A program made the translations under genes and the position numbers. The notes under the pieces were generated by a model, which was not told the origin of the DNA, did not search any database, and saw only the letters and a program-made list of their open reading frames with translations. Source: Nymphaea colorata (lineage: Eukaryota). Taken from it: DNA of 64,000 nucleotides. Where the stretch lies: assembly GCF_008831285.2 (NCBI RefSeq), contig NC_045138.2, positions 6,386,001 to 6,450,000 of the forward strand, in the 5' to 3' direction. Positions 52,898 through 64,000 of the stretch are shown one piece after another (position 1 is the first letter of the stretch; every line of letters starts with the position of its first letter).

Positions 52898-55593
52898 GTT
52901 TGTAAAAAGATTGTGTTAACTCGAAGGAATGGAGAGAGAGATTCTAGAGTGAGAAAGTGGGATACACATATATATTTGTTTATATGTACATATATATATG
53001 AGAATCTACAAAAGAATATGTCAAATCAAAGAGAGAGAAGGATAAACATAGATATTCAATTTTCATGTATACGTTTATAACATGTATATACGCAAATACA
53101 TATCTGAAAACAAAATTCAAGAGATAACTTAGAGCATTTATGAGTTCGATTTTTCTATATAGGCGGAGAGGAACTTGGGCTCATGCAAAAGCTTAGGCTA
53201 AGTCTCTAAGGCCTCATTGAAGGGGGTTCTTATTTTTCAAATTCTTTTGAAAACACGATTCCAAATATTTTCATACAAGTATAAAACAGTAGTCATTTCA
53301 TAAACTACAAGGAAATTTATTTCTTCCACCATTAGATAGGTAAGAAAATCAAGCACACAAGAAATAAAAAGTTAATAACCTATGATTTCTAATCGGGTGA
53401 TTAAAAGAAATGCTAAACGTAAGAATGTCATGTAGATGCACTTTAACATGTGTGCATTTGTAAGGGGTTTTCCTGGGTTAGACAAATCCTAATCTCAAAA
53501 ATCAACATAATAACAAAAAAATCTCAATCCAAGCACTCATGCTTTTTATTCATTCGCATAATAATTGAAAAATCAATAAACTATGCATGAACCTCTTAGC
53601 ACAACACATATCCAAGAGAAGAGAAAAACATATTTCGATCCTAGAATGAAATTTTATTTCACCTTACTCATGCTCTCTGTGTATTCAAGAATAGTTCTTG
53701 ACTCCGGAGAGGAGATTTGAGAGTCATCTAATATGACCATGGGGAGAAAGATGGGGGAAAGAAAGATAAAGAAAAGGATTGGGATATTAAATACTTATTT
53801 CTAATGAGAATGATTTTAGAAAATGAGTCTCCTTCTTTGGACTTTGGCTTTGTATTTTGGATCAAGGTATGTTATTTAAATCTAGGACTTGGATTTGGAT
53901 CCTAATCTTGATCTAAAGTTGAATTTTGGATTTAAATCATACATTTGGATTCAGATATGGGTCTAGAGGTCCATTTTGGATCAAATCGTCGAGAATTGGA
54001 CTTGGATATGGCTATAGAAGTCTGTCTTGGATCTAGGATCAAAATTTGAATTTGGATACAAATTTAGAAGTCTGTTTTGGGTTGAGCTTGGACTCGGCGT
54101 CCAAAATTAGATCCAAATCATTGTAAAGATGGTTACCAAGAATCTTGTTTGAATGAAACAAAGTCTTTTTTTGGGTTGAGCTTGGACTCGGCATCCAAAA
54201 TTAAACACAAATCATTGTAAAGATGGTTGAAATAACCAAGAATCTTGTTTGAATGAAATAAAGTCTTTTGAAAAAAAATGGGGTGATAATAGATGCAGTA
54301 CTAAAGCAACTGTAATTAAATCAACTTTGGGATCTCTAGGTATAGATAAAAAAAAACATATCTTGACGTATTCTGGAACGTGGATGTCAATTTTTTGTGT
54401 TATTATTGACATTGTATGTTGCTTAACATTTAGTACTACCAATTGCACATTCAAGAGTTCAGAGTGTTTGAATCTAAGTTTCATACCTATTCTTGGACTT
54501 TATTTGAGACAGTAGACTAGGAAAAAGACCTCTCATATACATCATTGTTCCAAACCTTTCATGCCATAGATGTATATATAAAATGGGAGATATAGTGCTA
54601 ACACTAGGGCAAAAAATGATTTAGAGTTAAGAGTTATAGGTGAAAAAGCTCATGAGTTAATGTATTCAATAACAAGGATGAGAATTTTATGTTTTAACAT
54701 TAATGCAATCGTTGAATCCCACCTACATGTAGCATTAACAATTGTATGTTCCAAAGTCATGAAAGACCTTACGTCAAGTTTTTTCCTAATTTAAACTTGT
54801 GATTTACTTGAGAGAGTATAGTTGGTGGAAAGACCCCTTATACCCAAAATTGTCTAAAACTTACATATAAAGTAGGAGATATAGCGAGAAAGATACTCAC
54901 AATTGTTCAAATTTAGGAGTCATATGTACAAGTAAAAATTCTCGTCTCCTAATGTATCCAATAACAAGGATAGGAATTCTAGATTTAATATTAATGTTGT
55001 CACTGGATGCTGCCTAAATTTAATGCTAGCAGTGATACTTTTCAAAGTGTGTCTTAGTATTTAAATTTCTAATTTAAGCTTATGTTTTACTTGGGAGAGT
55101 ATAGTTGATGGAAATAAAGACCCCTCATGGCTTCATGGAGTCATCCACATTGCCTTGCATGCCTTCATGGCTTCAAAACATGGTCAGGTCTTTCTATTTC
55201 ATAACAAGGCAGAATTGAAATCTAGGCGGATCATAAGAAATCTTGGTTTACCTTGCTTATGTCTATGCTTGTTTCCCTTTCTAGTTCATCAATCTCCCTG
55301 ACACACTTGCATGAACTTCACTTCCTGCTTGTACCAATAGAACTCTTCTTTACTATTAGGGTTGCACATGAGCCAAGTCAAGGTTGATCTCGGTCAGCTC
55401 GACACTACTCAACACATACTTAATTTGCTTGGCTTCACCTTGAGCAGTGAGTCAAGTTGTATAAGGTCAGGTAGAGCTGGACTTGATAGACTGGGTCCCA
55501 GCTAAAGCTCGGCTTGTTTAAGCTCGTTTACCAACTCGACAACTGTCATTTGACTTGATCTCTTTCCTTTGTTTTAAGTTTAGAGACTGTAGA

Positions 55594-55629
<36 letters not shown>

Positions 55630-58550
55630 GTATGTATATGTATCTATATATATATATGTATGTATATGTATCTATATATATATATGTATGTATGTATGTA
55701 CTCAAGTTCATGTAGTTTGAGTTTGACTCATTTAGAAGTTCAAGTTGGCTCGATTCATTATATATCAGGACTCAATGCCAATGATACGTGTGGGAACATG
55801 GTGAAATCAACCAAATATCTGAATGACATTCAGCTCCTCAACAAGGGAAAGAGAGTTACTCTGGTTGAGAATGTCTACTGGTGAATGTCACCCATCAATT
55901 CAATTAAGAGATTTCTTTACATGCTAGATCCTTTCCCAATTCATTACCCAAGATAAAGAAAAATACTCATTTTCCCTTATTTACATAACCTTACTTCTAT
56001 TGAGTATTGTTTTGCATCTCATAAATCCTTTCTTAAAACATGGAACCGATGCCCTTTCCAAAAACTATTTATCCTCCTTGGCACAAAGGCAGTAACTAAA
56101 GAAATCCTAGATTTTAGGGCACCGATTATGTAACAAATCAATTTATGTGGAGGAACCATTATGCACATAAAATAAATTGTGTGGTTTCTACACGGGCAAG
56201 CCACACCAAGCTCTGCCATTAAGCTAATTGATAATAAGTTGGTGCACAGCATAATATATGACACTTAAATTATGGATTTATAGAAGAACGTAAAATTTAG
56301 TTGTTAAAGCATATATACTCAACAGGAAGGTTATTCGGATTATCTCACATTCGCTTCAGCAGCCAAATTCATTAAATATTGGGAAATATTTTTTCTCTAT
56401 TGAAGGAAGGAACTAAGAGTGGTGACTTCAAATGGATAGTCGCAATGTCTTTCTTCATAGGGCATCTTCAATGGGGTAGAGATTGATATGCAAATTGAAT
56501 AAGCTGTTGCACGGACTTAAATAAGGTCCTCGGAATTGTTGGGTGAGCAAGAAGAATATTATATCATACCGCACCAAACAAGAGAAACGATACCCCCACC
56601 CTTCCCCCCAGAGTACCAAGTCTGCTTTCGGTGGTGAATTAATATACAATTTAGTGATACATAAAGGGTAATATTAAGAACAGTATAATTACCTAGTTAA
56701 AAAGTGTTCAAGTATTTATTCAACCATTTTCATGAAAGGAGTGACCCTTATTAATATTTCCATTCTTAAGTTATAATAAAAAAGTAATCCAACAAAAACA
56801 GAAATTTTCTTGTAACGAATTTATATCTGATTAAAGTAATAACCACATTTATTCAAGTGTATGTGGTATAGATTATCTGTCACTAAATAAGAAAGACAGT
56901 TGATCATGATATTCTAGTATATGCGGTATAGATTCTCTGACCCAAATCCGATTCGTTAGCATTCTGGTACTACAGCACCTCATGAATTTTAAAATCACAT
57001 ATTCTTGAGTTGTTCTAGTCCAACTTGGTTATAAACATGTAATCCATATTCTTAATTCGATCAGAATCAACATACAAATTCTGAAATATATCTATATAAG
57101 GCTAAACAATATTAAATAACACATTTTCTCAATGCAAAAAGGATATTAAGTATTTCAAATGTAGATTTTAAATCGAATCTACAATAGATTCTTTCATGAA
57201 GTATGGATTTTACCGGGATCTTTTGTCATATCAGCAAAAATATGTCAGATTAAATCAAGGGCAGATCGATATATGTTAAATTTGAAGTAATCAAACTCCT
57301 CTTAGCCTAGTGTTTACTTCTCGAGGCATGTTTTATGCCTTGAACAACTTTTTGTAGGGATGACTTTCACCCTAGGTAACTTTTGCACAGATTTTCAGGT
57401 AGACATCTAAACGTGTGACTAAAATCCATAAAAATTGTTCACTTCCATTTTAAAAAGAGGAGTGACCACGTAGGAAAAGAATAACCTTCATAGAATCAAA
57501 CAACAAGAAAATAAATGTCATTTTTTTGTGAGAAATTAGGAAAACTTATTTTACATCAAAAAATACAAATAAAAATGTTCTATGTTTTATCAAACGAAGC
57601 TTATAGTTAATCATATTTAAATTTGATAAAAACAACTTAAAGTTCAAAGATCAAAAAGTAGTTGCACTTTAGATTTAGTTATCTAATTTATCTCCTACAT
57701 ATGGCATTAGCAAGGACACAATTCCAAGTATTGCAAATGCGCCAAATCTGGGTCACGAGCTATTTGGGACCGCAATACTTATACCATCATAATCAGATCT
57801 AGATCTGCTATGGAAACTATGTGAGGATTCAGATCTAATACCCCTTTAGCACAAACCGGACACCCATTTGGCTGGTCAATGGTCACCTTCATAAAATCTC
57901 AAAAGTAAGGGATTTAAACGGGCCAGACATATCACAGATTAACAAACAAATACCGAATCGATTTAACTGGATGTGGTAAAAAAATTTTAGGTTCATTCAA
58001 ATTTAAATTGACATACGGTATGCAGCTTCACCACTAAACATAAATTCGAATAAAGTACCCACCAGTATCTGATAAAGATCCTATCTACATAATGAAGCTG
58101 GATCTTACATTAGTCGGATCCGAATTCAGTTTTCCAGAAAATCAGCTCCAGATTCAAATTGAAATTATTCAAATATGATTAGTTAAATTTGTTAAAAATT
58201 AAACCCAACCTGAAACCAAAACTATATTCCAACCTAAAATGTCAAGACACAAGACAACTGGTGTATAATTTTTCTGTTTTAAATTATTTCTCTTTGTTTA
58301 ATTAAAAGTATCATAGTTCTTTTAAGTATGTCTTGACATTTTTTATTCACAATTTTTTTGTAAAATTATGTGCAAATTTTCAAATATTAGTCAGTCTTTT
58401 GTGACAGATCAAAGTTGAGCAGTTAGCTGCAAAGGTCTCACACATAAATGAATGAACTAGATCAATAATAAACAAATAAATGGATCACTTGATTTACTAG
58501 GCAAAGGTCTAAGCATAATGTTCTTGGACTTCTGAGCAAATAGTGCATGA

Positions 58551-59229
58551 TTTACAAATAGGTCAAAAAGTTTTCAAAAGGGTTTTGGATGGGCAAATGA
58601 TCATGCAAATGTTGAGCTTGGGCATTTCATTTCAACTTGTTCTTGTCTTTCCTGTTACATTGGCAAGTAGGCACTGCCGGTAAAGCTATGTCATCCTTAT
58701 GACCACACAAGAGCTCAAATCCTTTGACCATCTTGAGTTCCATCCAACCACGGCTACCCAATATATTGGATGAATGTGATTAAATGCACCATCCGATGTA
58801 AGTCGGATGATTACTCCATCTAAACCTGGATGGAGAAATCCACAAGTCCATCATGAGCATGTTATTGCTTAAAGTTTACCACTGTGCTGTATGCAAAGTA
58901 TGCACTTGTTGTATTCCTACCTGTAAACTTCATCATGAAAGTACAACAATCAAAAAATTTGAGAGCAAGTTCTAAAAACTTTACAGCATCAACTGATTAA
59001 ATTTTTTGATATATAATTTTCCGTAGATGCTGCTATATTTTTTGAAGTAAGAAGACACAACTTTAATCTCTAAGCAATGGCATGTTCATGAGGATGGCAT
59101 AACTTTATCAGCTGCAATTCCTACTTGTTAATGTGAGAGGAAAGACCAGAGCAAGTTAAAACGAAATGACCCCCAACATTGGCATGCTCGTCCAAAACCT
59201 TTTTGAAAACGTTTTAACCTATTTGTAAA
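58551..59229. mobile_element. Putative non-autonomous long-TIR (MULE-like) element
   Basis: 58551-58698 is a degenerate reverse complement of 59091-59229, enclosing ~390 bp. No TSD identified. Confidence 0.55.
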
Positions 59230-59586
59230 GCATTGTAAATGGGCCAATATTTGCTTCAATAATGACACATTCCATCTACTTCATGGGAGAAAGAAAGGCA
59301 TGTCCTCTGCTTCCCATTCACTTTCTTCTTTCTTCATATATATATATTTTTTCATTCTCTTTCCTTAGTATTTTTTTCTCTTATTCATCTCTCTCTCTCT
59401 CTTTTTCTTCTCTCTAGTTCTTCAAGGGGATAAAGAGAAATGCACCATTTGAAACACCTCAAATTAAGCATGGTGAGGAGGACCACCTTAAAACTTTTAT
59501 TTTCTTTTGGATCTTTTTCTCTATTTATTTTCTTCTATTTCATTATTCTGTTTTTCTCTCTCTTTCACACACACACACACACACAC

Positions 59587-59661
<75 letters not shown>

Positions 59662-61122
59662 TGAGAGACAGAGATGAATAAGGAATAATAAAAGAAATAG
59701 AAAAGGTGGCCAATAAAGAGAGAAAAGATCTTAGGGTCGTCATTTGCACCATGCATAACATGAGTCTCTATGAAACCATTGCTCATTGTCTCCTTAAGCA
59801 AGGTGTGAGAAGAGCGAGAAGGTGAGAAAGGTAAAGATGAAATATGAAGGAAAAGAACAAGAAAAATATATATGAAAAAGAAAAATAGAGGAAAGAAAAC
59901 AGAAAGTAGAGGACGTTCCATTCTCTCTCAACTGTGACAAGCAAAGGGTGTTCTTATCACAAATGCACATCAAAAGAAACAAAACTACAAAATTATTCAA
60001 TATGACATCCAAGCTTTCAAAGAACGGTGGATATAGTCATAGCTTGCCCACTACATGAAAAATTATTAGAATAGATTATCAAAATACTTTTTGTAGTCCA
60101 ACGTGAATTATTGATATAATTTTGCGAGTGATTTAAGTTTACATGCATTTTTCTTTATCAATCAATGCAATGAGGTGAGGCGAATCATTAAGCCTGTCAT
60201 GAGGTGAGCGTAAGCATCTAGGAATTTAAGCATAAACATCAGGATCGACATGTTAAAAAAATAATATGCACAAAATTAATGAAAAAATTGAAAGAGAAAA
60301 ACTAAAATAACAAATATATAAGTAAAAAACTATAAAAAAAAAACGAATTTGAATCGTGTTAATCATGTTTCATGCATGCTCACGTAACAATTCTTGTAAA
60401 ATCCATCTGTCTTAACAATATCTTCCATGTGGAAATTAAAAAATCTCATCTTAACATAATTCAATTGCGTAATAAAAATAAAATAAACAAAATCGATCCT
60501 TAAACTTGAAAAATTAACTGCACATGTATTTCGGTAATAATCAAGAAAACATCATTTCACAACTCAAATATAATAGTCACATTGACACATTGATGACAAA
60601 CCAAAAACAAGGAACTAATATGAGATGCGAAGCGTGAGAACATGCATGTTTCTTTTAGAGAAAAAATAATTTAACAATTTTAATTAGTATTACATGATTA
60701 TTTCTGTAAACAATCTAAGCCATTTGACTCATTCAAAAAATAAGCCCACCCTTACAACATCAAATTTTTACAGTAGAAACTCAAAAGTAAATTTTTATGG
60801 AAACAACAATAAAATCACCGACCAATTAATCAGTTCCATTTTAGTGGACAGGTTTTGAAACAAACATAATTAAGCCTAGAGTCGCACTTGAAACAGACAC
60901 TTACTATGGCGTCAGAATGTGACCCATATGATTTGTTTGACTATGCTACTTATAATGGTATTCACAAATTCACATAATTCTACTGGATAATTTGAAGATT
61001 TCTAAAATCTGAGTCTAGTTTTGTAATATAGGAAAAATAACTAAAGTTACAGAAATTTTATGAAGAAGTACATGTTTTAAAGGGTCGACTCCAAGTGGAC
61101 TCAATGACCTTAACACCAGCCA

Positions 61123-61178
<56 letters not shown>

Positions 61179-62148
61179 ACCATCGACAGATCTACTGAGG
61201 GCACCAAAAGGATGGTGCCCTCAGCTGACTAAAGGCATCACCTCTCCACAAAGGGTGGCAGGGAGAAGACGTAACCTACCTTCTCAGTGGAGAGTGAGCT
61301 GCGTGCACCACCTTGTGCAGGCAGCAAATGTGCACCCAAAGGTGGGATTAAAGTAGTTTGGTAATTTTTAAAAAACCATAATTTTTTCTCCTTTCTACCG
61401 ACCAAGACATTTTGGTCATTATGCACGCTGGTGCACAAGGGTATATATGACCACTTTTGTTTCCAAGACGTAGAATGTTGAATATTCCAAACGCCACCTA
61501 AATTAAAACAAATAGGCTGCGCTTCAATACTTAACAAATATATATATATTTTGACTAGTGAGGCATAAAAAAGACATAGTACCAAAAAGGGCAAAGCTGA
61601 TTGCAAACACAAACCTCTGCATTGTGCATAGGACCATGTGCATGACATGTACCCTCAATAGTGGGCCAAGGAACATTGTGCATAGGACTATGTGCATGAC
61701 ACGTACCCTCAAGAGTGGTCCAGAAAGACACATGTCATGCACCGTATAATCACCTCTCCACAAAGGGTGGATGGGAGAAGATGTAACCTACCATCCTATG
61801 GGAGAAGATGCACCATATAATCCTGTTAAATGTCATTTTAGGGGAGAGATGGTGACAAACACATTAGTATTAGATTAAAATTGAGGTTCTCATGTTGAAG
61901 TGGTTGTTAATTATTAAATGAGAATGGATTTCATAGAATTCATTTTTGAGGTGGAGATTCTTAAAGAATGCAATGCAAGGTGATAAATTGCTCTTTCCTA
62001 TGTTGTGATTTAGAACAATTGTTATTCTCATGACAAGTTTAAGTGGACCTATCAAATCATGCTAGTATATTTATTAATGGTTACTAGTTGGAGTTGGGCC
62101 TATGGTTTAAGAAATGGACATAGCTTTGTTTTTGTTTCATGCATACTT

Positions 62149-62541
62149 GTTCCACCCTGCCGATTGTATAATTCTTTATGTTTTGATTCTTCAACTTTCA
62201 TAGAACTGTGATCAAGCTCAGGACTCTTTTCTCAAAGGTAAATTATTCAAGTTGGTCACGCTTTCATCTAGATCTCCAGTAGGAAACTGTCGCACTTGAG
62301 GAGATGTGTCGATTTTGTTATTGCCAAATCTTGCAGTCTCCGTTTCCTCATTTAGTGGCAGTAAGAAAATCGACACATCTCCTCAAGTGCAACGCTTTTC
62401 TACTGGAGATCTAGATGAAAGCGTGACCAACTTGAATAATTTACCTTTGAGAAAGAGTTCTGAGCTTGATCACAGTTCTATGAAAGTTGAAGAATCAAAA
62501 CATAAAGAATCACCTTTCCAGATACAATTGGCAGGGTGGAA
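62149..62541. repeat. Second copy of the ~180-bp-arm hairpin
   Basis: Homologous to 13397-13789 at offset 48752. Confidence 0.97.
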
Positions 62542-64000
62542 TTTTATGACAGGAATGCAACAGGTCGAGAGGTGATGTACACTAAGATCGTGCATACTAA
62601 TGAATGTGAAACAGGTCAAGACTCACATGGTAGCAACAGCAACAAGCACTTCCAATCCATTGTTGGCAGCAATATACCACCAACAGCAACTGATGATGAG
62701 AATTTGCTTTACTTTTCCGTAATTTTCTTCCAAAATTTTACCGCACTCAGGCTGTTAATCAAATTGGATCAAGTCCAGAGTGTGCTGCTCCAGCAGATGA
62801 GTTTGTGAACAGATAAAAAAAAAGCTGTTATGAGCAACGATCATTCTCAGAGCTTTTGTGCATGGCAGAATCATCAATGTTCAAAGGTCTATATGCAAAC
62901 ATTAGTCACTGTGGGTCACATGGAGAGCAAGTGCGAAACGCTTCTGACCAGTTGCTGCATGAAAAGCGAAAAACAAACTTGGATAAGGTAAAAGTTAATA
63001 ACCTATTTTTTATTGCAATATCAGGCAGTCATGGTATTCTGTGAACTGGAAATCTTCATACAAATTTGTCGATCTGCTCTTAGAACCTCTGAATAACTAA
63101 TTCCATAAAAAGACAATGAAATATTTCAAAAGCTATAGTGCCCTTCAAAAAGAAAAAAATTATTCAAAACAATGGGAAAATGTTTTGCAGACAGAAAAGA
63201 GATAATTGATTTGGCAATTATGAAAACGCAGCTGCGAATATGCAACAACTTTTAACAATTTTCTGATTTTAAAAACTCATATTCACTTGTTGGATTTTAT
63301 GGTCACTTTCTTTACACGCACCTAAAGGTCCTCTTTCCTGCTTCCATTTACATTAATACCTTTAGATTCCTCGCTCATCATACTCAGTAGCCTTTATATT
63401 TTTTCCTTCAGTCTAGCTGCCACTAATTCCTACTTGTGCAAGATAATCTCTGAAAAGTGAATTAGAATAAAGCATAGGGTGGCACCATCCTGCCTCATGT
63501 GTCGGAGAAGAAATACGAACACTAACAGATGAACAACTGAAATCCTCGCAAGTTTTAGGAGCAGGGCCTTCACTTGAAATAGACACTTGCCCTAAGGTAA
63601 ATGGTGAGAGCAAGCCTTCATCAGCGGAAGACACATCCTCGGTCATAATATTTGCACAGGAGGCAGATAGAATCAGTTCTGTAAACAAAGCAACCAATAC
63701 AGATGGACTTCTTGGCAAGTTTGGGGACCGCAGGCAATGTCATATTCTCTTTCCTGTAGAACTTTGTGGCATGAAACCGTGGTTTACTTGGGAAGTTTCA
63801 TTGAGAGAACTCATATTTTTTTCTTCGATGAAGTTGCAATAAGCCTTGATTTCGATATGCTTTCTGAGATGGTTGGTCGTTCAGGAAAATCTACTATTAA
63901 TTAGAACAAAGTGTTTTGAACTTGGTGTTGACTTTTCTTTTATGGAAATTATTATGATGTCCTATCCCTGGGGATTGGGACTAGAAGGCAGCTAGTTCTA

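Overview
AT-rich plant (angiosperm) nuclear DNA with abundant (AT)n/(CA)n/(AG)n tracts and no intact gene that I can support. The window is a rearranged mosaic array of segmental duplications. One non-coding core repeat occurs about nine times and is usually preceded by a microsatellite-centred foldback element. Larger blocks recur at offsets of about 15.08 kb, 48.75 kb, 33 kb, 12.5 kb and 7.6 kb. Interspersed are degenerate retroelements: three L1-type LINE copies, two Ty1/copia fragments and Ty3/gypsy chromovirus (Reina-like) fragments. The most notable feature is that individual copies carry foreign inserts that sister copies lack. These are a splice-bounded NB-ARC exon of an RPW8-type helper NLR (NRG1/ADR1-like), a stop-free LRR segment of an RGA-type NLR, and a probable mitochondrial piece with half of trnE. 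The window also holds a five-exon beta-galactosidase pseudogene fragment and an unidentified two-exon gene fragment. Many junctions show microhomology and inverted templated fillers, consistent with polymerase-theta-like break repair. Several long inverted repeats are present, including a hairpin built from a gene fragment. All alignments were done by eye; block boundaries are approximate unless single-base junctions are quoted.
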